Positions 25,800 through 37,776 of a stretch of 64,000 bases of DNA are shown piece by piece. The stretch covers positions 1,922,001-1,986,000 of the forward strand of contig CM038998.1 in the NCBI GenBank assembly GCA_017499595.2, in the 5' to 3' direction. A model generated the notes under the pieces. The model made no database searches and had not been told where the DNA came from. It saw only the letters and a list, made by a program, of their open reading frames with translations. The position numbers were made by a program, and so were the translations under genes. How positions within the stretch are numbered: position 1 is the stretch's first letter; each line of letters opens with the position of its first letter. This stretch comes from Psilocybe cubensis. Taxonomy: Eukaryota.

Positions 25800-27338
25800 T
25801 TATGATAGTAAAAATGGTCCAAATGTCGATGCAATGAGCAGCGCAAGCCCTGTGAGTAGATAATTGTAGATGCTGAAATGGTGCAAAGTGGTTCCCCCGC
25901 TTAGAGGTTTTGAAGTAACACCTGTGGTTCCGCTGCTTCCCGAGTTGGATGGCCCATTGGAGGTTGCAGGGGTGGCAACTGGAGTAGCAGGATTATACGG
26001 AACACCGTTGATGTCGGCTGCCACTTGGAACACAGAACCACCGCCATATTCATAAAACTGCGTAGACGCATGAGTGTGATTTAAATCTTGGAGTAAGTAA
26101 TGAAAAGACTGACATCAACCAACAAAAAGTTGGGTGGACGACCGTGATCGGCAACACAAGTATCAACATGCGCGCCGAGCGAACCGAAACCAGATGCTGA
26201 ATTCGTCCGATTCGCATTATCAATGTCTGGGACAGGTTGCCCGAGGAGCATTTTATCCAAGAAGTGGTTAATGAGAAACATCTGAGAGGTAGGATCGCCT
26301 TTAGTTCTGTTGACATTACAGTCGAAATTTGGGTCGACCACATTGAAGGCAGTTTCCCAGATATTGGTGAATTCTATAAAGGCAGAGATCGTTCAAAAAT
26401 TTGGTACGTTGACAGATGACAGTAAAACATACCATCAAGAAGATACGGAACAGAGTTGAAATCTGCAGCATTATCCAGGAATGTCAAAAGTCGTTTTCCA
26501 GAGTCTATCAGAGAGCCTAGCGTAGGCCATTGAGACGCTGGCAAGGTCAGGGAAGGGGGCGCATAGGAAAGTTTATCAAGCCCTACGGCCTGGAAAACAG
26601 GGGCATAGCTTGAAGCAGGTAGATTATCGATATTGACGATCAATAATGAGAGGACTATGGAAAGAGTGATGAGGAAGATTCGGTAATGATGCAACAAGCC
26701 AAATACCTTCATTAGGGTTCGAATCCATCCATTGTTTAACTGCCAATTGTCACAACGTCTTGAGTTTCACAGCATCAACAAGACGTGATTGTTTTACCTG
26801 TCGTCAAATAATCCTGCAACGTGCCACCATCATAGAGGGACTGTTGCAAAATATCCGTGAGATTTTCGAAACCCCAATGTATGGATTGTACTGACGCAGG
26901 AAGTATGGCACAGCCTAATCACTCCACTCTCGTTATGGGCTTGCATCTGAAGCATTCGAATGCCATCGTTCAGCTGTTGCGTGACTGCAATGGCGTTCAG
27001 CCCCCTTTCCGCATTTAGTCCCATATTTCAGAATGTTGATACATACTGGGTTGGTCTTGGTTGGCAGCGACTGCAAAAATTCGAAAAATGAATTCATAAA
27101 TGAGGATGCGTTACGTTAGACACAACTCACGATTGTTGACGCCAATTGCATAGGAATCATGAGCACCCACGAAAGTGACATTTCCAAAACTACGGTTGCA
27201 GAGTTCTGCATGTCCATTGCATACAGTTGCACGACGATTGAGAGCTTCCGACGCCAGCGTCGATCCAGACAGAGCATGAGTTAATGATGCAGTAGAAGCA
27301 AGCGTAAGCACAGCGAGAGATGTCAGAGACCGGAACAT
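25800..27338 (-). CDS. Secreted, probably GPI-anchored PI-PLC X-domain-like phosphodiesterase
   Basis: Signal peptide, CNGHAELCNRSFGNVTFVGAHDSYA, QQLNDGIRMLQMQAH, LINHFLD, PNFLLVD; S/T/G-rich stalk and hydrophobic C-terminus. Confidence 0.85.
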
Positions 27339-28602
27339 TCTAGCCTTGCTAGTTAGTAAAGAGACCAATTGAAAGAGCGTAAGGTAGTATCGTTGGAATG
27401 CAAAGCAAGTTTAGTGGTGTAGATGTGGTGGACAAGAGTCAAGGCACACTTCAAGCCGGTGAAGAACGCCAGCGCCCAAGAGAACTTTAACTGCGGCGAC
27501 TTGTCCCTCGGAAGTAAATTAAAGTCATCACGTGATCGACCTGACATTGATGCTGATACAGATGTTTGACTTGAATTGAACACGAAAAACATAGACATTT
27601 AGATTAAGAAAGACAATAGCTAAGGAATACATGGCCTCTGATACATTTATAGTTGGAAATCCCGCATTGAAGACATGATTATTTAGGAGGTGGTTCGGGT
27701 GGTCTGTCCGCCAAAGGGCTAGAATCCAGACATGCGTGCTTGACGTCACAAACGCGGAGAGTATGAAAATGATCAAATTGTGATCCTCAACATGTGTATA
27801 GCCTGGCGACGCAATCCGAAGTTACGGGCATGGTAGAGCTCATTTTCTCCATACACCTGGGTCATTTGAAGTAGAAATGTGTCGAAAGGTGATTGATGGG
27901 CATCGGGATACGCGGCATTTTCCCTGCCGCCTTCTTCGTACCATGCCTGACAACCACTGACCCTACATCTACCCAAGGACCAATAAGTCGCAATGAGCCA
28001 CTAACAGGCGTGAATACACGCTATCTCTGGATAGAGCGTTTGGAAGTGGATAAACTGTGGAGAGACAGGATAAGCTTGTATTTTTAGACGTGGTTAGCAA
28101 CCAACATGACAACGAGTGAAAGTTGAGCTGCAAGATAAATCTGGTTGAAGGGATTTGCACGATTAAAATAAGTGATGAATGTCGAGGAAATGAATGGCTA
28201 ACAGGATGAGAAAGTCAAAGGAATATAGAGTGGTTGTGTGGAATAGGAGGGGATTTGAAAAAAGGAGATTGAGGGAGATGGGGAAGAGGTAACCGAGTGT
28301 GAGATAGAAATTGGCCGTTGTTGTGTCAGGGGATGGCGACGGAAAGGGAACGAGATGTGGCATATGGTTTATAAGGCACAAGGTTAAAATCCTAAGCCCA
28401 TTTTCCCTTTCCACCACTTCTTTCCCCTACAATTTCTTGCTCTTGCCAAAGGCAGTCGCCTAGTGCGCCAGAAGACTACGATTGCCCGACACTGGTGTCG
28501 TTTTCTTTCTTCTACTGCGTCTGAAATACTTTGATAGTCTCAAGCCCTCAACGCGTCCATTCCTTGTTCATTTCTTCTTTGCTTTTTAATTTGCTATCCA
28601 CC

Positions 28603-30088
28603 ATGTTCTCCAGATCAATTCTTCTTGCCCTCTTAACCTTTGCCCTCGCCGTCCAGGCTGACCCCAATTTCAACAAGTTTGGTAACAACAACAAGTTTGG
28701 TAACAACAACAAGTCTGGCAACAACAACAACAACAACAAGTTCGGCAACAATGGCAACAAGTTCAATCAAGGAAAGAATCCTTTCCAGACCACACCCGCC
28801 GCCGTGGCTAAGTGCACTGTATGTCCTATTTCTGTCCTTTGTGATAGTCGCCCATTGTGCTAATTATAATTCCAGACCACCAACACTGTCCAGCGGACTG
28901 TCACTGTGACAGCTCGGGGCGCTGTAGCTACCAATGTCGGGAATGGGAATGGCAATAACGGTAATAACAACAACGGCGGCGGCAACAACAACGGCGGCGG
29001 CAACAACAACGGCGGCGGCAACAACAATGGTGGCGGTAACAACAATGGTGGCGGTAACAACAACGGGGGCGGCAACAACAATGGTGGAGGTAACAACAAC
29101 GGCGGCAACAACAATGGCAATAACAACGGTGGTGGAAATCCTCAGACGTCGTTGTGTAAGTTGGATTTGATACTTTTCATTGTTCCAAACACTGATTTTC
29201 TCTGTGCTCTCAGCACTTGATCCTAAGGTGATCGCGACCGGGTTCTCGAATAACGGCCAAGACGTCCCAACACTAGGACAGGTCGCGTCCTTGACCTCCT
29301 CGAACAATTTCATCAACTTCTGCTTGACCGTTCCCAACCTTCCTATCACCAATGGCAAGCAGATTACAACAGGTTCTTGCAATCCTGCTCCAATCGGCGT
29401 CATTCCTTCCATCGATAACATGCCCTCTTCCAAGTTCGTCTTCCCCCAGAACTTTGGCACCATCAAAGCCGGTACTACGTTCGATATTGAGATGGCCATT
29501 CAGAAAATGCAGACCGGCTTTTTCGTTAATGCTCAGGCGAACTACTTTGCTGCCCCGCAGACTCTTAACAATCAAGGACAGATCCAAGGCCATTCGCATG
29601 TTGTGGTTGAGCAACTCACCTCGCTCACACAAACTACTCCCACGGATCCCCGCAAGTTCGCGTTCTTCAAGGGTCTCAACGCTGCTGCTGTCAATGGAAA
29701 GCTGACCGCAACTGTCACTGGTGGACTGACTCCTGGATTCTACAAACTCTCGTCAATCAATTCCTCGTCTAACCACCAACCTGTGATCGTCCCTGTTGCC
29801 CAACACGGATCTCTGGATGACGCGATTTATGTAAGAGACATGCCTTCATAATCTATTTTAATATTTCTCATTTTTGACCATTTTATTTAGTTCACGGTCA
29901 CTGCCGATGGGAAACCATTGAATGGTGGAAATGGTGGAAATAACTTTGCAGGAGGTGCTCCAGCTGCTTCTCCTACAACGTCAGTGAAAGCAGCTAAGAC
30001 TACGTCTTCTGCGAAAGCCAGTTCTACCTCAAAGAACAGCAATAAAGGCCGACGAATGAGTAAAAGGGCTCTCAACCGTCTATCATAG
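28603..30088 (+). CDS. Secreted protein with Asn/Gly repeats and a conserved fungal extracellular domain of unknown function
   Basis: Signal peptide MFSRSILLALLTFALAVQA; domain SLTSSNNFINFC...NGKQITTGSCNPAPIGVIP...YFAAPQ...GHSHVVVE...FAFFKGLN...NHQPVIVPVAQHGSLDD. Confidence 0.85.
28939..29139 (+). repeat. Coding tandem repeat: 18-bp unit encoding NNNGGG, seven full copies (28966-29091) plus degenerate flanks
   Basis: aacaacaacggcggcggc-type units with synonymous variation. Confidence 0.95.
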
Positions 30089-32748
30089 GTATAAACTTCC
30101 TTGATGGAGCACGACTATTATTATTATTTTTTGTAGATGCAGTGGAATGAAGGTGGCTCCCCGTCATTGCATGACCAAGGCGACTGCTTTCTTCCCTTTT
30201 ATTTCCACCTTACGATTTTCCACTCGCTTGTAGTTGTGTCGAAGCATCTTCTGCGATTTTGCTTTATACAATTCTGTCATTATACCAATTCGCGGAGTAT
30301 CCGAAATATTTCCATCTACTTTGTATGTAGCATTTATTTTTTTTCTCTTCCGTCCCAGGATTGGACTCCCTGCGAGTTGAAGATCTTTCGTTCTAGCACT
30401 GTTTAGTCTTTCTTTAATCTACCCTCAACATTGCCTGAGCGATGAGGCTGAATGTCGAAACCATTGCGATTGTATATTCAAGCTGGTCGTCTGATAATGT
30501 ACCTGGGGCAGTGATATTACTATGGCCTATGGGTCGGTCTGGGCTCCATTGTCTCTGGCGTGCTGGTAACCGGGGCCAATATTCATTCGCTTCAAACATT
30601 GAGCGCTCGCTCACGCCGAAGGCTAGATGTCGGCTTTTCCAATGCCCAGCATTGCCTCGAGATGATGCCAAAAGCATCATTGTATTGACAAGAACAGCAG
30701 GGACGATTTCTTATCATCCTCTTTCAGATTCTCAAATAATAACCATGTACTGTAACGCCAGGGGGGAGCTGTGAATGGCCTGAAGTCGGGGTTTGTCGGC
30801 CCCTCGAATCAGCGATATACATCAAAGCATTTTTACAACCGCTAGGTATGGCTAATCCGTGATTTGCTGATTCATGAACGTCGTACACTGGTCACGAATA
30901 ACCAATGTCATTCTCAGCATTTGTCCGGCGGAACGAAGGACCGTCCTGTCGTTGTTGCTTATACACATGACCCGCGTTTTAAACATTTCTCTTCTCTATT
31001 TCAGAACGCAAAGGTCATCAGAGAGGTGTTCCTCATGAGCCCTCATGGCGTATCTCATAGCCTTGGGCATGATTTAATAAATCCACGGATGAACTTGATT
31101 GCGTGGATTAATCGTCCAGCGAGATCAGGTCTGATCAGGTCATTTAATAAGTCGTAATCAAAACGCATAACATCCGATTGGTGATGGGCGTTGTCTACTT
31201 ACACACATCATGCTGAGTTTGAAGAAAATAGTGCTCGGGCTTCCGGTCCAAGGATCCACCATGAGGACGAGGGCCTGAATGGTAGGGGAGGTATCCCCGT
31301 CTGCAAGAAAGCCGGCGATGCACATGCCATTAGAACGTTTGTTGTATTTGTTTATACAGTCAGATGGAATGGGAGAATCAATCATTGCGTACGGGTTGCT
31401 AATTAAAAATTGTTTTCGGCCAAACATTGAAAGCTGAAGTTTCAGCAAACGTCGACAATGGGAATGGTGTTTAGTAGATGCATCGTAGAATGGAGACATC
31501 GTTGTATTCGGAGTGACGAATGTTTACACACTTTTAGCTTGAGAACTAGTTTACTAAGGCGTCAGCATGGGTAAAATATGAAAGAGGAGTTCTAGGACCC
31601 ACCGTGTGGCTCATTGACCTACTACAACGACAAGTCCCAGAATAATGCAGACGAGGTATGGTCAATGTACACACGAAATAAAAATACTAGAGTTCTGCCA
31701 GTAGAGGCACAGTTGGAGAAGAATGGAAGACGATAAGGCTTTCTCATCTGTATCCGGGTACAGCGGGAAGGACAAGGTAGGGTGGAAACGAGATTGTCCT
31801 AAAAGAGGTCCGACAACGCTTGTTTATGTTCCGCTCACCGTGACTTCTCTCGGAGACTGGCATGGGAGCTGCAGGATAAGTGAGAGAGGCGTCCAGGTAG
31901 CCTGGTAGGGATAACAATTTAAAAGCATATTAATAAATGGACATGGCATTGAGATTTCAGGTGGCGCATCAGGCTCGAGTTAGCATATCTCCAGAAGTAC
32001 GAGTAAAGTTGCACGGCGACAAAAATACCTATCATGGAAAGGACACCAAGGCGACTATAAGGACAGCACTGGCATATCAAAAGAAGAGATTTAATTAGAA
32101 AGGTGAAGACCTCTGACACATAGTTTATTGCAATTCTGGTTTCCCATTGCCAGAGAGATTGGGCCGAGGATGTTGACTGGGTCGGACAGCGTGCTGATGA
32201 TGGGTAGAGAAGTGCGTTGCACGAGAAATACGTGCGCCAAGCGCCTATTTTGTGCTATTTTGAGGATCGGGACGTCGGATGGATGGGAAAAGAAATGGTC
32301 TGAAATGCAATCGCTGGACATAGTGGCGGCATGTAGGCACTATTTTTGAACATGGCGGTTCTACTTTTAGAACTGTGTCGTTGAGCGTCCAAGTCAAAAG
32401 TGACATACATACCCCAAAAAGGGAAGAATCCCGGTGACCTCGCTAATCAACAAGGCACAACATACACCTGTGATATTGATGACATCAATGTTCGGTATTC
32501 CGGTTCTGTAAATACCGGCCTCTAAACGTCACTCTGTGGTTGCAGAGAAAGACACAACAGTCCTCGAGTTTGTCTCTTCAAAATACTATTGAATAGATGC
32601 TAAGAAAGTTTATTCTTCGTTCTAATTTTGTGTCAAACGGGCCAATTTTAGTAATAGGTCGTGTGGCCAACATTTAGAGCTTGAGAACATTCGAATATCA
32701 GTTCTTCTTGTTTTACCACCACCACCACCACATTCATAGCCCATACAC

Positions 32749-33758
32749 ATGCCTCGCGTTGTTCTGGTCACAGGTTGCTCTACAGGCGGCATTGGCTATG
32801 CACTGTGCGTACTTTATTTGATTTCTCATGTCAAAAGTGGATTGGAAAGAGTGCTGACAACATGAAACCTCTTCAGTTGCGAAGAATTCGCACTTCAAGG
32901 GTGCAAAGTGTATGCCACGTCGAGAAACATCTCCAAGATTGCCGATTTTTCCAATGAAAATATTGAGAAACTTGCTCTGGACGTGAATAGCGATGAGAGT
33001 ATTACACAAGTGGTTAAACATATCCTCGAAGCTGACGGAAAGATTGATGTGGTTGTCAACAATGCCGGGGTCACTTCCCCAGGTGTGTCTCCACAAAGTT
33101 TTCCTTACGGAGGAACCTGGAGGTCTAATGAGAATATTTTCAAGGACCGCTTGTCGAAGTACCCATCGAACAAGTGAAAGAGGTGTTCGAAACAAATACC
33201 TTTGCGATCTTGCGTGTCTGTAAGGCAGTCGTGCCGGTAATGGCGAAACGTGGATCCGGCACAATTGTTAACATTGGATCTATTGTTGGAGAGATGTAAG
33301 TGATTGGTTTATCTTGGTCGATAGTTGATGCTGATAGTGAATGACCTAGATCGACCCCATGGTCTGGCATTTACTGCGCCTCGAAGGCTGCTGTCAATAC
33401 CCTTAGCGAAGTCTTGTCTATGGAATTGCAGCCACTGAACATCTCCGTGCTCCACGTGGCCCCTGGGGCAGTCCAGTCGAATATTGCCAATAACGGGGCA
33501 AGCCGATTCAGTCTGGAGCCTGGTTCACTCTATACCGACTATATGTCAGATATCCTGAGGCGTATCTCTTCGAGTCAAGGGCCCAATAGCATGCCGAGCC
33601 AAGTGTTTGCTCGAAAGGTGGTTGGAAATGCGCTCCGCAAGTCTCCACCAAGATACATGACGTTAGGGGGGAATGCGACACTGTTCAAAGTGTTCAAATG
33701 GCTTCCTCGGAGCATTGTCCTGTATCTCCTATGGAAAGCGTATTCGAAGAGAGGGTAA
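32749..33758 (+). CDS. Short-chain dehydrogenase/reductase, AYR1-like (1-acyl-DHAP reductase family)
   Basis: VVLVTGCSTGGIGYAL, VVVNNAG, IVNIGS, catalytic YCASK. Confidence 0.85.
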
Positions 33759-34203
33759 TGCCGGTGAATTTTCAATTTTCCCAGCTTGGTTGCAGCATCT
33801 GTACAAGCTCTCAATTCACGATTTCCGAGAACTCTGGAGAACGTCTGGAGACTTAATGGACTTAACCGGGATCATGTAGAGGCAGATTTATAGATTTATT
33901 GTTCGTGAGAAATGTCAAACACATCGCAAAGGCTAAATAGAATTTGTTTCCGACAACGCCCGCCATCGGGATCTCACAATGAAAAATTGAAGGGGAGGAT
34001 ACGGGAAATGCTGGCGGATTTAATTGATGAAAGAAAAAGGACAGAGATAATATTGTTTATTGTGATTGTGCGATCGACGAGGGCGGTTGTGTTGACAAAG
34101 GGGAGATAGCACCGCCACAATCAAAGTTGAATGGTTGATTGACAACGAAGACAAACTTGGACAGCTGTGATCACGTACTGTGCATGCTTAACCTTGAACG
34201 ACG

Positions 34204-34895
34204 ATGTCGCGCTATCCCGACTACCTGACGCCGAACACGACGCCGTTGAAGCTGACCAAAGGACAAAAGTCACGGGCGCGACGGGAGCCCTCTGGGGTAT
34301 TTTCGCTGTTCCAAGCTCCGCAGATCCAGCAATTCAAGGAGGCGTTCCAGCTGATAGACCACGACAAGGACGGGTGGGTGAACGAGAGCGACCTGAAAGA
34401 GATATTTGCGAGCCTGGGTGAGTGCAGATGCAGATGATATATGAAAAGAGAGCTGATGGTAGACAGGAATCTCGCCATCGAAGCAAATGCTGGATGAACT
34501 GCTGAGCGCGCGACCTGGAGGCGACACGCGAACAGAGACGGGGAACGAGCGAGGAATCAATTTTACAATGTTCCTGACGATGATGAGCGAGCGGCTGTTT
34601 GAATTTGACACAGAAGGAGAGCTGCTGGAGGCATTTGGATCGTTTGACGAGAACGACGCGGGGGTGGTGAAAGTAGAGGAAATGAAAAAGTGGCTGAGCG
34701 AGGTTGGAGAGGGAATGGACGAGCGGGCGGTGGGTAGAATTGACTGGACTGAGAGAGAGAAAAGGGACTGACAATGGCTTCCAGATTGACCGGCTGCTCA
34801 AGGGCCCCTTCACCGACCGAGTTGGGAATTTCAACTACCGGGAGTGGGTAAAGGTACTGCGGGTGAATGACGCGGAGGAGGAGAATACATTTTAG
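34204..34895 (+). CDS. Myosin regulatory light chain (EF-hand)
   Basis: SGVFSLFQAPQIQQFKEAFQLIDHDKDGWVNESDL, INFTMFLTMMSERL, LLEAFGSFDEND, FNYREWVKVL. Confidence 0.9.
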
Positions 34896-34904
34896 ATAGA
34901 GTAG

Positions 34905-35087
34905 CTTGGCGTCTGTTTGTGTAACTGCCAAGGCCACTGGGCCGGGATGAAATTCGCGGGAATCCAGTGCCAAGCATGCCCCCGAACGGGAGTCCCCGGG
35001 GTCCCGATAACGGCAGAGGGTTTGGCCAAGACTCTCTTGGCCTTTGCTTGGCCTCCATCGATCGGACACACTTGACACTGGCTTGGC
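34905..35087. promoter_or_regulatory. Cluster of seven PacC/Rim101 consensus sites (GCCAAG) in the pacC promoter
   Basis: GCCAAG at 34927, 34969, 35025; CTTGGC at 34905, 35036, 35047, 35082. Confidence 0.8.
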
Positions 35088-35113
35088 AATCAGAGGTTTA
35101 AAACAAGATCACC

Positions 35114-37402
35114 ATGTCTCCCTTTTCTCCCCACCACGCCAACAAAATGTCGCCCGCTCTCCCCCCGTCCCCCTCCGCGTCCCCCGCCGCTCACCCGACT
35201 GACTCTCCCGCCGACAACGACGCTCCCCCGCCCCAGGAGCCCCAGACTCACCGCTGTCTCTGGGGCGACTGCGAGCATGCCTTTGTCGACCCCGAGACCC
35301 TCTACAACCATCTCTGCAACGACCATATTGGCCGCAAGAGCACAAACAATCTCTGTCTCACCTGCAACTGGAAGGACTGTGGCACCACCTGTGCAAAGCG
35401 CGACCACATCACCAGCCATCTCCGAGGTGAGTATATGCGCTTTTTTTCTCTCCTTGCTCACCCCGCAAACCGTCCCCAGTCCACACTCCGCTCAAGCCGC
35501 ACGTCTGCGAGGTATTTCTTTCTCTTCCTGTCGTCCCCCCTCCGTTCTGATCAGCCCTCTTTAGATCTGCAAAAAGTCCTTCAAGCGTCCCCAGGATCTC
35601 AAGAAGCATGAAAAGATCCACACCGAGGAGCATCACCAGCAGCACAAGCATTCCAAGGCCATCACCGTCGTCGATCCAGCCTATGTCTCCCGCGTTCGTG
35701 GCGACTCGGCAGCTCGCTCCGTCTCCAAGCCAGGCTCCAATGGTCCTCTCAGGCAGTCCAGCGTCCGTCCAAAGTCTCATTCCGCTTCGCCCTCCGATGG
35801 TGAGTCTTCTTATTCTGCGCCGTCGCCGTCCTCACTCAAGGCCCCGTACTAATAGCTGCCCATTTTGCCCTCTTACCCACGCCCTCTCCAGAATTAGGAC
35901 ACCCATCTGCACATCCCCACTCTCACCACCACCAGCATCAGCACCAGGGCTCGCACGAGCTCTTCATGCAGTCCAGCCAATCCATGTCCTCGTGGGATGC
36001 CCTCAGGCCAGACGCCGTCGCAACCGGCTCAAAGCGCTCTCATGATTACAACGTGGACGATTTTTTCACGGACATGAAAAAACGTCGAGTCAATCCTTCC
36101 TATGACCCTCGTTAGTTGAATCATCCGTCTAGCCTCCCATTTGCAGATCCCTCTAATGTCTGTCCATCAGGTATGGCGGAACGTCTCAACCACATCGCTT
36201 ACCAACAGGGCGGTGGTGGTCCCCACCATTCCAATTTTAATCCCCGTTCCGTCTCTCTTGACATTCGCACTCCCGAGGAGCTCGCCGCCGTCAACGAGTT
36301 TCTTGTCACCCTCGGCCGTGATGTCTCTGGCGCCAATGGTCGCCAGCAACAACCCTCTTCTCATTCCTCTTTCAGTAACGACAATTATTTCGACAGCAAC
36401 AATCTCAGTCAGCTTGGTCTCACTGGTATGCCTGGTATGCCCCCGCACAACTCCAACTTTTCAGAGTCCTCGTATGGTGCCAGTAACAACAGTTCGCTCC
36501 CACCACCACCGCCACCCCAGCATTACAGTTCTGCCTATCATTCGTCCCGCAGTCACTCGTCTGTCCAGCCCCAGCCCCAGTACAGCAACAACATGTACAT
36601 GAATGAGCCCTCCCTGTCCTACCCTGGTGAATACGGCTCGTCGAACTCTGGACATCGCTCGAACCGGAGCCACCACCCCGGATCTACCAATTCGTTCCAG
36701 AATCCTTATGCACATGCCCATCATCCGACCCCTCCTCTGGACAACAGTTCTCCTCATTCCACAGTATCGACTCCTGTCACGATGACCCCTCCCCAGGTGC
36801 CACTGATGATGCCTCCATACGATGGTCTCCGCCCCTCCCGTGGCGCACCCCAGCCTGTAACTCTTTCGCCCCCAGAGTATGCGCAAAAGAATATACGCGC
36901 TATGATCCAGCTCAAATCCGTGCCGACGATGTCGCGGCCTGTTCTTCCGCCTCCGCCCGTTGAGCGCAAATTGCCTTTACGCTTACACCAGGCGCCGGTG
37001 TCAGCTTCCTCATCGTCGTCGTCCAAACAGGGATCATTATATCCCCTTTTGACATCAGGGGATATTCAGTACAAGCTCCCGCCCATCAAACAGATGTACA
37101 GGTCGCCGTCACCCCCTTCGCCTTCGCGTGAATCAACACCAAGCTCGACACACTCGTCACCCCTGTCGCAGACGACCGTGCTCCCTGGGATTCGTTCTAT
37201 TGCATCGGGGGGACATTCTCCCGATTCGGATGATCTGACTCACGAGATTGGCCGCATCGAGCTGGACCGCACCAAGGATATTCCTCAAGAGGAGCGCAAG
37301 CGCCATGCTAAGCTCATACTTGATCTCCTCGTCTCCATCAATAAGGACTTTAAGAGTCGCTACCAGCATGGATCTTCCGACGTTGAGATGTCTGTTGCAT
37401 GA
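35114..37402 (+). CDS. pacC: pH-response C2H2 transcription factor PacC/Rim101
   Basis: Three zinc fingers CLWGDC...[27 protein letters not shown]...[40 protein letters not shown]; YPxL motif (SLYPLL, 37040-37051). Confidence 0.95.
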
Positions 37403-37776
37403 ATTATTAAATAAATTTTTTCCCAGCCCTTTTGCCGTTATGTGTTGTTTTTCTTTTATTATTCTCTTGTCGTTCCCTCTCTTGTTGCATAATTACTTTT
37501 TTTTTTTTTTCAGATCCGTTATAGCTATCCCAAAACCACGAGTATATGTACTGTATTAACCTGATCCTTTGACGCATGTCTGTACCTCACCCTTTTTTGA
37601 ACACTTGCTCGAAAATACATCCTGTTGGCGTACAAAGTTTATCCGAGATGACAATTGAATGTGAATTTGGATTTGCTATCACAAGCTCCTATCACGTAAT
37701 AAATTATGTGTTTTGTACAAACATCATTAAGTAACCTAAAAAGAAAATAAAAATGAAAGGGTACAGAGGTAATCAA

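Noticed and set aside
28860-29499. Antisense poly-L/P and poly-V/A ORFs
   Set aside because: Mirror frames of the NNNGGG repeat
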